Source of the DNA: Desulfotalea psychrophila LSv54
GTDB lineage: Bacteria > Desulfobacterota > Desulfobulbia > Desulfobulbales > Desulfocapsaceae
Assembly (NCBI RefSeq): GCF_000025945.1
Contig: NC_006138.1
Coordinates: 3,420,001 to 3,452,000 of the forward strand
DNA length: 32,000 nt
Direction: 5' to 3'
Part shown: one piece after another, positions 10,373 to 19,903 of the stretch
Position numbering within the stretch: position 1 is the first letter of the stretch
Layout of the letters: the number at the start of each line of letters is the position of its first letter
Position numbers and translations under genes: made by a program
The notes under the pieces: model-generated
What the model was told of the DNA's origin: nothing
The model's input: the letters and a program-made list of their open reading frames with translations, nothing else
Databases searched by the model: none

Positions 10373-10663
10373 TTATTTGGCGTAAAGTTTCCCACCTGAA
10401 GCAGTGATCTGATCAACAATTGCAATAACATTCAGATCAACAGGAGATCTCTCTCCTGTCGCTGTACGGGGCGCAGCGCCACCCCCGCGAACCAAAAGAA
10501 CATACTCGCCCTCTCCAGCCCCAAGGGTATCCACCGTCACTTGACCGTAACGTATTATATCGCCTTCAGCATTAATAAGATCCACAAGAAGCAAACTTGC
10601 ATGAGGGACTCTAGGGTCACGAATAGTTGCAACGACCTGACCTTTCACTCTTCCTAACTCCAT
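10373..10663 (-). CDS. BMC-P pentameric shell vertex protein (EutN/CcmL family), copy 1
   Basis: MELGRVKGQVVATIRDPRVPHASLLLVD...DTLGAGEGEYVLLVRGGGAA...DLNVIAIVDQI. Confidence 0.88.
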   Translation of the reverse strand: MELGRVKGQVVATIRDPRVPHASLLLVDLINAEGDIIRYGQVTVDTLGAGEGEYVLLVRGGGAAPRTATGERSPVDLNVIAIVDQITASGGKLYAK

Positions 10664-10707
10664 ACCATTTCCCTCAAATAAATCTGCTTCTTAGACAATC
10701 TACCTTC

Positions 10708-10986
10708 TTATTTTTTCAATCTAATTGGATACACTTCCTCAAGATCCTGATGGGGACGAGGAATAACATGGGCCGCAATAAGCTTGCCCATACGTTTTGC
10801 TGCTGCGGCACCGGCATCAATTGCGGCTTTACACGCGGCAACATCACCACGAATAAGCACACAGACATAACCGCCACCAATACGCTCATAACTCACCAAC
10901 TCTACCTGAGCCGCCTTAGTCATTACGTCTGCTGCATCTACAAGACCGGTTATACCTTTTGCTTCTAATATACCAAGAGCATCCAT
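10708..10986 (-). CDS. BMC-H shell hexamer protein, copy 1
   Basis: [67 protein letters not shown]...[11 protein letters not shown]. Confidence 0.93.
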   Translation of the reverse strand: MDALGILEAKGITGLVDAADVMTKAAQVELVSYERIGGGYVCVLIRGDVAACKAAIDAGAAAAKRMGKLIAAHVIPRPHQDLEEVYPIRLKK

Positions 10987-11004
10987 TGCTGTTTCCTCTT
11001 CTCT

Positions 11005-11370
11005 CTATTTTTTAGTTGCTTTGGTCGCAGGACGTTTCGCATTAGCTGCTACCTTAGCCGCTGCTGCTGCCGCCTTTTCTTCTGCAAAGATAGAACCTAT
11101 CTTGTCATTCACCAGAACCTCAAGACTATCATCCGGACGAGGAATAACGTTGGTTGCAACACATTCACCCAAACGAGATCCAGCTGCCTTACCTGCATCT
11201 ACAGCTGCTCCAACTGCGCCAAGATCACCCTCACAGATAACAGTTACACCACCTGCTGCATCCGTGGTTATGGTCTTCACAGACACACGGGCAGCCTTAG
11301 TCATAGCATCCGCTACTTCAATGGCGGCAACCAAACCAATTACTTCTACAAAACCTATAGAACCATTCAT
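11005..11370 (-). CDS. BMC-H shell protein with Ala/Lys-rich C-terminal extension, copy 1
   Basis: [26 protein letters not shown]...[17 protein letters not shown]...VIPRPDDSLE, with tail [26 protein letters not shown]. Confidence 0.88.
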   Translation of the reverse strand: MNGSIGFVEVIGLVAAIEVADAMTKAARVSVKTITTDAAGGVTVICEGDLGAVGAAVDAGKAAGSRLGECVATNVIPRPDDSLEVLVNDKIGSIFAEEKAAAAAAKVAANAKRPATKATKK

Positions 11371-11415
11371 ACTAACGCTTCCTTTCTTTATTGGTTATAA
11401 CCAGAGGGTCAGCAC

Positions 11416-11973
11416 CTATAATATACTACGCATAACTTCAGGCGTAACGCTTGGAATCACAACAGAACGAACAAGCATTGCAGTCTCGGCACAGGCATCA
11501 GCTGCTGCCTGGGTTGCCATACTTACTGCTGCTACATCACCGGTGAGAAGACAAAAAGCCTTACCACCAAGACCCATGGCAATACGTACCTCGGCAATAT
11601 CTACCTCGGCGGTCTTTGCTGCCCGATCTGCCGCTACAATCGCTGAAGATGCGGAAAAAGTCTCTATTATACCCAGGGAAGGCCCCTGTGGTTTTCCTGC
11701 AATGCCAGACATGGCAGCAATAACGGATCGATCAATACTCGGGATAACAAAATGATCCGCCACGGCACCATCGGCACCGTCAATACCTGCAGCCACGGCA
11801 GCTTGAACCGCTGCCACGTCACCGTGCACAGCTGCAATAAACTTACCTGGACAGATGGTCTTCATCATCAAGATCTCTACGCTAGAGGCCTTCATCATCC
11901 TATCTGCAGCCTCAATACCAGCTGCAATACTACTAAATTCAATCATTCCAACTGATTGTATATAAGTTGTCAT
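11416..11973 (-). CDS. BMC-T tandem-domain shell protein, PduT-like with Fe-S ligand Cys, copy 1
   Basis: Two BMC domains (GMIEFSSIAAGIEAADRMMKASSVEIL; SLGIIETFSASSAIVAADRAAKTAEVDI) and a KTICPGKF motif as in PduT, where this Cys coordinates a [4Fe-4S] cluster. Confidence 0.87.
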   Translation of the reverse strand: MTTYIQSVGMIEFSSIAAGIEAADRMMKASSVEILMMKTICPGKFIAAVHGDVAAVQAAVAAGIDGADGAVADHFVIPSIDRSVIAAMSGIAGKPQGPSLGIIETFSASSAIVAADRAAKTAEVDIAEVRIAMGLGGKAFCLLTGDVAAVSMATQAAADACAETAMLVRSVVIPSVTPEVMRSIL

Positions 11974-11975
11974 GA

Positions 11976-13319
11976 CTACACTCCTTTAATCACTATTTCA
12001 TTACCTACTTCTACCACAGTGCCTGCGATAGAGGCGTGAACTGTAGCACCTAAGGCACCTTGAGGCACTGCACCAACCAACTGACCCACCTGAACAAAAT
12101 CACCTGCCTTAACCTGGGCCACTGCTGGTGCACCGATATGCTGATTAAGTGGAATACGCACCTCAGCAGGAGTATAGTCACCGGTAAAATCAGGATGAAT
12201 ATTCATGAACTTATCAATACCAATCTTCAGGGCCAAACGAGGCACAGGCACCTTACGGTAAGGACGAACCTTAGACTGGGCGGGAATAACCTCACGAGAT
12301 CCCTCATAGGGCACCTTGTTTTCGCGAAAACGAGCCTTTAGAGCTGCGTTAATACGACGAGGAGAAAGGCCCATGGGACAACTAAACAACTCACAAACAC
12401 CACACTCACAACAGAGAGCTGCCTGCATGGCACCAAGGGCGACATCTCCACCACCACCAAAGGCACGCATCACCTTATGGGTCTGAAAATCCTGACCTAT
12501 AAGATAACGGGGACAGAGCTCGGTACAAAGGCGACACTGAATACAGGCAGTGGCAGCCTGGCGCTGCATGCTCTGCAGATCACGGCTGGCCATGGTATGT
12601 AGATAATGACCCCGTGGCAAAATAATAAGACCACCGGTGGTCTTAGTGACTACCTTGGCGGCAAATTCCTCTGCTGAGTCGACCATGCGACCCATCATTG
12701 GCCCACCAAGAATGTAAACAGGATCAGCAATGGTTGCGCCGCCGCAGTGAGCAAGACACTCACTCAACTTGGTGCCAAGAGGCACACGAATAACAGCAGG
12801 GCTACCTACATTACCGGTTACAGTAACAATTTTATGAGTAACTGGCGTACCTTTCATGGCGTCGGCTACTCCGGCAAGAGTACCCACATTGGCAACAACA
12901 GCGCCAACATCCTTAGGCAAACCAAGAGGCGGAATGGTTTTTCCGGTTACCTCGTAGACTAGGGTCTGCTCATCACCTGCTGGATAAAAGTTATCCAACT
13001 GAACAAGCTCTAAACCTGTCCCCTCTATACAGTCAGCAAATATTTTTGCTATTTCGGTATATTTACGTTTTATACCGATAACACCGCGTGTAGCTCCCGT
13101 AACGGAGACGATGGCCTGCATCGCGACAACGATATCCGCTGCGCGGGTTCGCATAATATGTTGATCAGTATGCAACAGTGGCTCACACTCACAACCGTTG
13201 GCTATAACTGTATCCACCTGCGTATCATATTTTACATGGGCGGGAAAACCTGCTCCGCCCTCGCCCACAATACCGGCATCCAGTATCGAGCGAAGAAGAC
13301 TATCTTTATTCATGATCAT
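11976..13319 (-). CDS. PduS/RnfC-like Fe-S flavoprotein, copy 1
   Basis: GIVGEGGAGFPAHVKYDT, ANGCECEPLLHTDQH, CIQCRLCTELCPRYLIG, CCECGVCELFSCPMGLSPRR. Confidence 0.9.
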   Translation of the reverse strand: MIMNKDSLLRSILDAGIVGEGGAGFPAHVKYDTQVDTVIANGCECEPLLHTDQHIMRTRAADIVVAMQAIVSVTGATRGVIGIKRKYTEIAKIFADCIEGTGLELVQLDNFYPAGDEQTLVYEVTGKTIPPLGLPKDVGAVVANVGTLAGVADAMKGTPVTHKIVTVTGNVGSPAVIRVPLGTKLSECLAHCGGATIADPVYILGGPMMGRMVDSAEEFAAKVVTKTTGGLIILPRGHYLHTMASRDLQSMQRQAATACIQCRLCTELCPRYLIGQDFQTHKVMRAFGGGGDVALGAMQAALCCECGVCELFSCPMGLSPRRINAALKARFRENKVPYEGSREVIPAQSKVRPYRKVPVPRLALKIGIDKFMNIHPDFTGDYTPAEVRIPLNQHIGAPAVAQVKAGDFVQVGQLVGAVPQGALGATVHASIAGTVVEVGNEIVIKGV

Positions 13320-13358
13320 CTCTTTAAGTTCGCTAGAGAGCTACAAAAAAAACGGCTG

Positions 13359-13637
13359 TTACTTGTCACGTTTGAAAGGGAAGACTTCTTCCAAATCACC
13401 ATGTGGACGTGGAATAACGTGCACAGCTACTACCTCGCCAATACGTGCTGCTGCTGCTGCACCTGCATCGGTAGCGGCCTTACATGCTGCCACATCACCA
13501 CGAACAATCGCAGTTACGAGACCAGCACCAATTTGCTTGTAACCTACCAGTTGTACGCGAGCAGCTTTTACCATTGCATCTGAAGCTTCGATGAGTGCGG
13601 TCAAGCCTTTAGTTTCAATCATTCCTAATGAATCCAT
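13359..13637 (-). CDS. BMC-H shell hexamer protein, copy 1
   Basis: [67 protein letters not shown]...[15 protein letters not shown]. Confidence 0.93.
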   Translation of the reverse strand: MDSLGMIETKGLTALIEASDAMVKAARVQLVGYKQIGAGLVTAIVRGDVAACKAATDAGAAAAARIGEVVAVHVIPRPHGDLEEVFPFKRDK

Positions 13638-13696
13638 TGTATTCCTCCAAGTTTCGTGTAACGAAAAAAGTTTTACTCTATTTTACCAACATCCGT

Positions 13697-14677
13697 TTAT
13701 AGGCACTGACCTACAACGGCAACCTTATATATATCATCCGCAGTACAACCACGGGAAAGATCATGCCAACCTGCAGCAAAACCCTGAAGAAGCGGGCCAA
13801 GAGCTGTATACCCACCCAAACGCTGAGCGAGCTTATAGCCAATATTACCTGCTTCAAGAGAAGGAAAGATAAGCACATTTGCCATTCCTTCAACTACACT
13901 ACCGGGAGCCTTTTGGGCAGCAACACTTGGGACGATAGCTGCATCGAGTTGTAGCTCACCGTCAACCAACATATCAGGAGCGCGCTTACGAATTTGCTCA
14001 ACGGTATCACGAACAAAAATTGCCCGCTCATGATTGGCGCTACCCTTAGTAGAAAAAGAGAGCATGGCCACCCGAGGTTCTTCACCGAGTAACTTGCGCG
14101 CCTTATCCGCCGATGATATGGCTATATCAGCCAAAGTATTTTCATTGGGCACTGGCACTACACCACAATCGGCAAAGATATAATCTTTTCCGCCTTCCGG
14201 TGCTATCATAAAAAAGAAGCTGGAGATGGTTTTCATACCCTGCTGCTTGGGCAGAAACTGCAAACCTGCACGAATAACATTACCAGTCGAAGATATATTA
14301 CCGGAAACACCCAGATTAACCTCCTCACGACGCACCATCATAGCTGCACCGGCAAGGGGACATCTCATGGCCTTTACGGCATCATCCATGCTCAGCTTTT
14401 TACCCTTTGCCTCACGAATTGCAATAAATTCATTGGCATTTTTTTCAAGCAGAGAGGGACTGGTATGGTCAACCACGGTCACCCCACGACTTGAACATTT
14501 TGCCTCCCGCATCTTAGCGCGAACAGCAAACGGAGAACCCATAAATACTGGATGAGCAAGCCCTTCTGCCTGAAGACGACCAGCCGCCTCAAAAACTCTC
14601 TTATCGAGGCAATCAGGAAAGACAATTGTCTTAGGCGCTTTACGACATACATCTTTACAACGTTCTAATATGCTCAC
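13697..14677 (-). CDS. pta: phosphate acetyltransferase (PTA_PTB family)
   Basis: TIVFPDCLDKRVFEAAGRLQAEGLAHPVFMG...ANVLIFPSLEAGNIGYKLAQRLGGYTALGPLLQGFAAGWHDLSRGCTADDIYKVAVV. Confidence 0.9.
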   Translation of the reverse strand: MSILERCKDVCRKAPKTIVFPDCLDKRVFEAAGRLQAEGLAHPVFMGSPFAVRAKMREAKCSSRGVTVVDHTSPSLLEKNANEFIAIREAKGKKLSMDDAVKAMRCPLAGAAMMVRREEVNLGVSGNISSTGNVIRAGLQFLPKQQGMKTISSFFFMIAPEGGKDYIFADCGVVPVPNENTLADIAISSADKARKLLGEEPRVAMLSFSTKGSANHERAIFVRDTVEQIRKRAPDMLVDGELQLDAAIVPSVAAQKAPGSVVEGMANVLIFPSLEAGNIGYKLAQRLGGYTALGPLLQGFAAGWHDLSRGCTADDIYKVAVVGQCL

Positions 14678-14686
14678 ACTTATCTC

Positions 14687-15511
14687 CTAAGCAACGTTGT
14701 TGATGCACGCAATACGTACAGAAGTGGGAGTACTATAGGTTACATCTACACCTTCGGGGAAATAAACCATATCGCCAACCTTAGCCACCAAGGTTTTTCC
14801 ACAAATATCAAGATGTAACTCACCTGCAACAACAACACCTACCTCTGGACATTCCACGGTACGCTTGAAAGATGCCTTCTCCCACTCCATATAACCACCG
14901 GCAAGTTGAGCGCCAGCACATTCGCCCAGGGCATCGGCAATAAACACCTGTTCTGCTACAGCTACAGGAGCACCGGCATTTGCCTTAAGAAGGCGATCGC
15001 CCTCAACCACACAGATACCACCACAGGAAGAAGAGGCATTCTCTGCTACCAGAGAGACAGAAACATCAGGCTGAGCAAGTCTTTCCGTTACTACCCTACG
15101 CACAAGACTCTCAAGAGCCTCATCGGTCAACACACCCGGAAGGCGCTTTTTCAGGATTTCACAGACTTCAGAAATCAGGACATCGGCCTCGCCTGAGGTG
15201 TTCACTGGAGCAGTTGGAGTAACTATGGCAGGAGCAGCAAAAGCCACTGGCGCTACAGGAGCAGCAGGTTTTACTGGAACAGCTGGGGCCGCCGGAGCAA
15301 CTGGGGCAGCCGGAGCAGGAGTACTGGTAAGAGGACAGGCCTCAACCACAACCTTCTTCTCTTCAACCTGGAGTATTTTCAAACCTAACTCCAAGGCCTT
15401 ATCAACTGCTTGAGGGGTAATAATACACTCTTGAGGCGGGCATAGGATCGACTTCTTCCCACTCTTGAGGGCCCCATTAATATCGGCTTCGGTTATAATC
15501 CGCTTTCCCAT
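14687..15511 (-). CDS. EutQ-like cupin protein with N-terminal extension and Ala/Pro-rich linker, copy 1
   Basis: The C-terminal region GGYMEWEKASFKRTVECPEVGVVVAGELHLDICGKTLVAKVGDMVYFPEGVDVTYSTPTSVRIACI is EutQ cupin-like. An Ala/Pro-rich linker follows the N-terminal domain. Confidence 0.78.
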   Translation of the reverse strand: MGKRIITEADINGALKSGKKSILCPPQECIITPQAVDKALELGLKILQVEEKKVVVEACPLTSTPAPAAPVAPAAPAVPVKPAAPVAPVAFAAPAIVTPTAPVNTSGEADVLISEVCEILKKRLPGVLTDEALESLVRRVVTERLAQPDVSVSLVAENASSSCGGICVVEGDRLLKANAGAPVAVAEQVFIADALGECAGAQLAGGYMEWEKASFKRTVECPEVGVVVAGELHLDICGKTLVAKVGDMVYFPEGVDVTYSTPTSVRIACINNVA

Positions 15512-15691
15512 GCACTTCCTCCTACTGTTTTATATCTTATAGAGTCCTTCCCTCTTAAAAGCTGAGAGGCAAAGACCATCAATTTGAAAAATAACAAATT
15601 ATTACAATAACTTTTCATCCAGAACAGCTCATAAAAAGAGACGTTTAACCGAGCGACAGCATTCCAAAATGAAAAAACTCTATCCTCTTCT

Positions 15692-15707
15692 AGCAAAATT
15701 CGTGCAA
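15692..15707 (-). promoter_or_regulatory. candidate degenerate sigma54 promoter of shell operon copy 1
   Basis: The - strand reads TTGCAC-GAATT-TTGCT, one mismatch to TGGCACN5TTGCW, but in the -24 GG. The homologous position in copy 2 has a similar element. Confidence 0.4.
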
Positions 15708-15855
15708 AAAAAACACATGTTCTCTTTTTTTTTGTTGTTAGCGAAAAAAAATCCTATTTCCATAGGGAAAACCAAGCCATCCTTAAAAAAAATATCAGGC
15801 AAATCCTTTTTTTTCAGGAAAAGAGAGAGACAAAGGCCAAGAAACAATGGCCAAA

Positions 15856-15873
15856 AGTTGCATTTTCGCACAA
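15856..15873. promoter_or_regulatory. candidate activator-binding dyad (site C)
   Basis: AGTTGCattttcGCACAA, 149 bp upstream of the copy 1 promoter candidate. Confidence 0.45.
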
Positions 15874-15970
15874 AAAGACAAGTAGTCTCCTGAATAACCA
15901 GCTAAAAGAGCAAGGCATTAACATGTAGTTCTAACGCCTTAACACGATGCTCCGGCTCACAGGCAACACG

Positions 15971-15988
15971 GGTTGCGTTTTTGCATCA
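15971..15988. promoter_or_regulatory. candidate activator-binding dyad (site G, weaker)
   Basis: GGTTGCgtttttGCATCA. Confidence 0.3.
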
Positions 15989-16048
15989 AAAAGAGCCACC
16001 GAAGAATCCCCGATGGCCCTAAACAGCTCCCCCATAATCTGCAAAATG

Positions 16049-16864
16049 CTAACGTAAATTCAGCGACGCTATGGAAAATGGAGTAAGCATAAGAGGCTGG
16101 GTCGGTAGCTGAATAGGCAACTTCAACTCCTTCTCAAAGACCCCTACAACCCCGGGCAAACAACAGGTACCGCCAGAGAGCAAAATAGTCTCCACCTCCT
16201 GACCCCTTATATGATCTGCCACAATATCAGTCACCCGTTCCAAGGTTGGACGGACAATACTGAGAATATTAAATTCAGCGGCCTTGCGTTTACGCTGCTC
16301 TGCCTCTTCTATAGAGATATCATAGTAACCGGCAATGGTCAGAGAAAGATGCTTACCGCCCGTAGGCTCGTCATCACTAAAAACCACCTGACTATTCCTC
16401 ACCACAGCAGTACCGGTGGTACCACCACCAATATCAACAATGGCGGCCTTATTCAGATCAAGAAGATGAGCAACACAGCTTGGCTCATCCTCTACATAGG
16501 TGACCTCAAGCCCCACAGATTCCAAGATATTTATCGAGAGGCGCGCATCTGTTCCCGGAGGAAAAGATGTCGAGGCTTGGGTGATTTCACAGCCAAGACG
16601 CTCTTCGGCCTGCTTGATAAAGCGACGGACAATATCAATAGCGCCGACATAATCGACAACCACGCCATCACGTACCACCTCTGCCCATTCCAGGAAAACG
16701 GCAACAGGTTCGCCCTCGGCATCAATGGCCATCAAGACAACATCGGCTGTACCTAAATCAATACCAACGTGAATTGGCCCCTCTACTTCAACTGCTTCGG
16801 TATCATTAATCATTGCCGCAGCACGGTCGAGCCTTTCGCAGGCGAGTTCCCATGAAATAGCCAT
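16049..16864 (-). CDS. eutJ: EutJ-like actin/Hsp70-fold ATPase chaperone
   Basis: VHVGIDLGTADVVLMAIDAEGEPV, AAIVDIGGGTTGTAVV, DDEPTGGKHLSLTIAG, ETILLSGGTCCLPGV. Start taken at MAISWELA (16864), adjacent to the upstream ALDH stop. Confidence 0.85.
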   Translation of the reverse strand: MAISWELACERLDRAAAMINDTEAVEVEGPIHVGIDLGTADVVLMAIDAEGEPVAVFLEWAEVVRDGVVVDYVGAIDIVRRFIKQAEERLGCEITQASTSFPPGTDARLSINILESVGLEVTYVEDEPSCVAHLLDLNKAAIVDIGGGTTGTAVVRNSQVVFSDDEPTGGKHLSLTIAGYYDISIEEAEQRKRKAAEFNILSIVRPTLERVTDIVADHIRGQEVETILLSGGTCCLPGVVGVFEKELKLPIQLPTQPLMLTPFSIASLNLR

Positions 16865-16865
16865 A

Positions 16866-18293
16866 CTAGACAATCCTAAAGCTGCCGACAAGGGCACAGC
16901 GACGAAGACGAACAAAGGTCGCTGCGTTAGTAACACCTTCACCGGTTGGAGTGGAGATAGTCATGGAAGTCCAACCTTCACCGCCTGCACCAAGTCCGGC
17001 AATATGGGGACCATTTTTCACAAAGAGACTGGTATTAACGGCCTTGGCCATTCTCTCCATATTGTGAATATTGGTGGAGTGCAGACCAGCGGTATGACTC
17101 AAACCGCGTTCAAGCATAAGAGCCCACTCAAGAGCTTGATCAAAGTTACGGGCACGAACAACAGGAATAAGCGGCATCATCTGCTCGGTTACAGCAAAAG
17201 GATGACGGGCGTCACCTTTTACGTCAACAAAGAGAAGTTTACAACCAGCAGGAATGGTTACTCCGATAAGCTCTGCAAGCTTATAGGCATCACGGCCAAC
17301 CCATTTAGGATTAGCACGACACTTATCGGTACCGTAATCAAGAAGAACGGTCTTACCAATGGCCTCTGCCTGCTCAAGAGAAATTTCAAAGGCACCAGCG
17401 GCGACAAACTCACGCTTAAACTGATCCGCTACAGACTCAACAACAATAATCTCTTTCTCGTTGGCGCAGATGAGGTTGTTATCAAAGGAGGCACCGATAT
17501 AAATACTTTCAGCAGCACGGGCAAGATCCGCTGTCTCATCAACCACAACGGGAGGATTACCAGCACCTGCGGCAATAAGACGCTTATCGGTGACCTTACG
17601 AGCAGCCTTAACAACGGCTTCACCACCGGTTACGGTGAGAAGATTAATTCCCGGATAGGTAAAGAGACGTTGGGCCGCATCAAGAGATGGCTCTTTAATG
17701 CAAACGAGCAGGTTATTAATACCAGTCTCCTCTGCAATAGCCTTATTCATGAGCTTAATAGCCTCTTGAGTGATGCGCTTTGCGGCAGGATGCGGAGCAA
17801 AGACAACTGCATTACCACCTGAGATCATACTGATACCGTTATTAATAACAGTTGATCCAGGATTGGTAGAGGGAGTAACCGAGGCAATAACACCCCAAGG
17901 AGCATTCTCTATAAGGGTAAAGCCATCATCACCGGTAATTGCCGTGGGCTGAAGAATCTCAGGACCCGGAGTGCTGTTGGCCACAAGCAGTGTTTTCAAC
18001 ACCTTATCTTCTATATTGCCCATGCCCGTTTCTGCAACAGCCTTCTCAGCAAGGGGACGTGCATTCATCCGGGCGGCACGACGCATTACCTCAACGACAC
18101 GGGTACGCATAGCAACAGTATCAATAAGCTTGCAAGCCGCCTTAGCTGCCGCAACGGCATCATCCAACTCATCAAAGACACCCCAATCACCTGCTGCCGA
18201 GCCAGACAAAACAGGAGCACCCTGCTGAACATTACCTATTTGAGAAATAACCTCTGCGACAATAGACTCAATTTGTTCGCGGCCAATAGACAT
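16866..18293 (-). CDS. CoA-acylating acetaldehyde dehydrogenase (EutE/PduP-like) with N-terminal encapsulation peptide, copy 2
   Basis: MSIGREQIESIVAEVISQIGNVQQ (EP). The remainder is near-identical to the copy at 8924-10351. Confidence 0.88.
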   Translation of the reverse strand: MSIGREQIESIVAEVISQIGNVQQGAPVLSGSAAGDWGVFDELDDAVAAAKAACKLIDTVAMRTRVVEVMRRAARMNARPLAEKAVAETGMGNIEDKVLKTLLVANSTPGPEILQPTAITGDDGFTLIENAPWGVIASVTPSTNPGSTVINNGISMISGGNAVVFAPHPAAKRITQEAIKLMNKAIAEETGINNLLVCIKEPSLDAAQRLFTYPGINLLTVTGGEAVVKAARKVTDKRLIAAGAGNPPVVVDETADLARAAESIYIGASFDNNLICANEKEIIVVESVADQFKREFVAAGAFEISLEQAEAIGKTVLLDYGTDKCRANPKWVGRDAYKLAELIGVTIPAGCKLLFVDVKGDARHPFAVTEQMMPLIPVVRARNFDQALEWALMLERGLSHTAGLHSTNIHNMERMAKAVNTSLFVKNGPHIAGLGAGGEGWTSMTISTPTGEGVTNAATFVRLRRCALVGSFRIV

Positions 18294-18314
18294 CTCTTAC
18301 CCCACTCTCTAATT

Positions 18315-18602
18315 TTATTTACTATAAATCACTTCATTCAGAGCACTGATCTGGTCAACAATGGCAACAACGCTCAGGTCAATCGGTGGCTTCCCTCCGC
18401 CCACCACAAGCGCGGCACCACTTCCCCGCACCAGGAGGACATACTCGCCCTCTCCGGCACCGAGAGTATCTGCAGCCACATGTCCCTCGCGTCTTACCAC
18501 ACCATCAGCGCGAATGAAGTCAACAAGAAGCAAGCTTGTATGGGGAACCTTAGGATCACGAATGGTAGCAACTACCTGACCTCTTACTCTTGCCAATTCC
18601 AT
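18315..18602 (-). CDS. BMC-P (EutN/CcmL family), copy 2
   Basis: MELARVRGQVVATIRDPKVPHTSLLLVDFIRADG...DTLGAGEGEYVLLVRGSGAAL. Confidence 0.87.
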   Translation of the reverse strand: MELARVRGQVVATIRDPKVPHTSLLLVDFIRADGVVRREGHVAADTLGAGEGEYVLLVRGSGAALVVGGGKPPIDLSVVAIVDQISALNEVIYSK

Positions 18603-18649
18603 ACTCTTTCTCCCCAACCACACATTACTTCACAGACTGCGTGATTTAA

Positions 18650-18928
18650 TTATTTATTCAATTTAATTGGAAAAATTTCCTCAAGGTCCTGATGAGGACG
18701 AGGAATAACATGGGCGGCAATAAGCTTACCCATACGTTTTGCGGCTGCAGCGCCCGCATCTATTGCAGCCTTACAGGCAGCGACATCGCCACGAATAAGC
18801 ACACAGACATAACCACCACCAATACGCTCGTAACTCACCAACTCTACCTGAGCCGCCTTGGTCATAACATCTGCTGCCTCTATAAGGCCGGTAATACCTT
18901 TTGCCTCTAATATTCCAAGAGCATCCAT
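18650..18928 (-). CDS. BMC-H shell protein, copy 2
   Basis: [39 protein letters not shown]; near-identical to the protein at 10708-10986. Confidence 0.93.
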   Translation of the reverse strand: MDALGILEAKGITGLIEAADVMTKAAQVELVSYERIGGGYVCVLIRGDVAACKAAIDAGAAAAKRMGKLIAAHVIPRPHQDLEEIFPIKLNK

Positions 18929-18945
18929 ACTATGTCCTCTGTTTT

Positions 18946-19314
18946 CTATTTTTTGACTGCCTTAGAAGCCAATTCTTTCGCGGGCTTAGCTGCCGCAATA
19001 GCGGCAGCTGCCTTTTCCTCTGCAAAAACAGAACCAATTTTATCGGTCAAAAGAGCTTCAAGGCTTTCATCTGGACGGCCAATAACGTTGGTACCGACAC
19101 ATTCACCCAAGCGAGAGCCAGCTGCCTTACCGGCATCTACGGCTGCGCCAACTGCGGCAAGATCACCCTCACAGATAACGGTTACACCACCTGCTGCATC
19201 CGTGGTTATGGTCTTCACAGACACGCGAGCAGCCTTAGCCATAGCATCAGCAACTTCAATGGCGGCAACCAGACCAACAACTTCAACAAAACCTATAGAA
19301 CCATCCATGCTCAT
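18946..19314 (-). CDS. BMC-H shell protein with Ala/Lys-rich tail, copy 2
   Basis: [32 protein letters not shown], with tail [25 protein letters not shown]. Confidence 0.88.
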   Translation of the reverse strand: MSMDGSIGFVEVVGLVAAIEVADAMAKAARVSVKTITTDAAGGVTVICEGDLAAVGAAVDAGKAAGSRLGECVGTNVIGRPDESLEALLTDKIGSVFAEEKAAAAIAAAKPAKELASKAVKK

Positions 19315-19343
19315 CTTACCTCTTTTAATTGGTTAGCCCGCAC

Positions 19344-19901
19344 CTACAATATACTACTCATAACCTCTGGAGTAACACTTGGAATCACAACAGAACGGAC
19401 AAGCATTGCAGTCTCGGCACAGGCATCAGCTGCTGCCTGGGTTGCCATACTGACTGCAGCCACATCACCGGTGAGAAGACAAAAAGCCTTACCACCAAGA
19501 CCCATGGCAATACGTACTTCGGCAATATCTACCTCGGCAGTCTTCGCGGCACGATCTGCGGCCACAATTGCAGAGGATGCAGAAAAAGTCTCTATAATAC
19601 CAAGAGAACAACCCTGTGGTTTACCGGCAATACCGGACATTGCAGAAATAACGGATTGGTCAATGCTAGGAATTACGAAATGATCCGCTACGGCGCCATC
19701 GGCACCGTCAATACCAGCAGCCACGGAAGCCTGAACCGCAGCCACGTCACCGTGTACCGCTGCAAGAAACTTACCAGGACAGATGGTCTTCATCATCAAA
19801 ATCTCTACACTGGAGGCCTTCATCATACGATCTGCGGCTTCAATACCGGCTGCAATGCTGGTAAATTCTATCATTCCAACTGACTGAATATAAGCTGTCA
19901 T
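19344..19901 (-). CDS. BMC-T PduT-like shell protein with Fe-S ligand Cys, copy 2
   Basis: Two BMC domains with KTICPGKFLAAVHGDVAAVQ; near-identical to 11416-11973. Confidence 0.87.
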   Translation of the reverse strand: MTAYIQSVGMIEFTSIAAGIEAADRMMKASSVEILMMKTICPGKFLAAVHGDVAAVQASVAAGIDGADGAVADHFVIPSIDQSVISAMSGIAGKPQGCSLGIIETFSASSAIVAADRAAKTAEVDIAEVRIAMGLGGKAFCLLTGDVAAVSMATQAAADACAETAMLVRSVVIPSVTPEVMSSIL

Positions 19902-19903
19902 GA

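Noticed and set aside
15199-15345. Possible tandem-repeat or CRISPR-like array in the gctggagc/ggagcagc-rich stretch
   Set aside because: This is codon-level repetition of the Ala/Pro linker in the EutQ-like protein; there are no conserved repeats with unique spacers.
11021-15413. Numerous + strand ORFs inside shell operon 1 (e.g. 11021-11755, 13158-13583, 14226-14555, 15198-15413)
   Set aside because: Ala/Thr/Gly-rich reverse reading of BMC, PduS, Pta and EutQ genes; wholly nested in better-supported - strand genes.
15512-16048. Possible small genes (15669-15893 +, 15680-15871 -) between eutJ and shell operon 1
   Set aside because: Poly-Lys/Phe translations from A/T runs with no motif; better explained as regulatory DNA containing the sigma54-like element and dyads.
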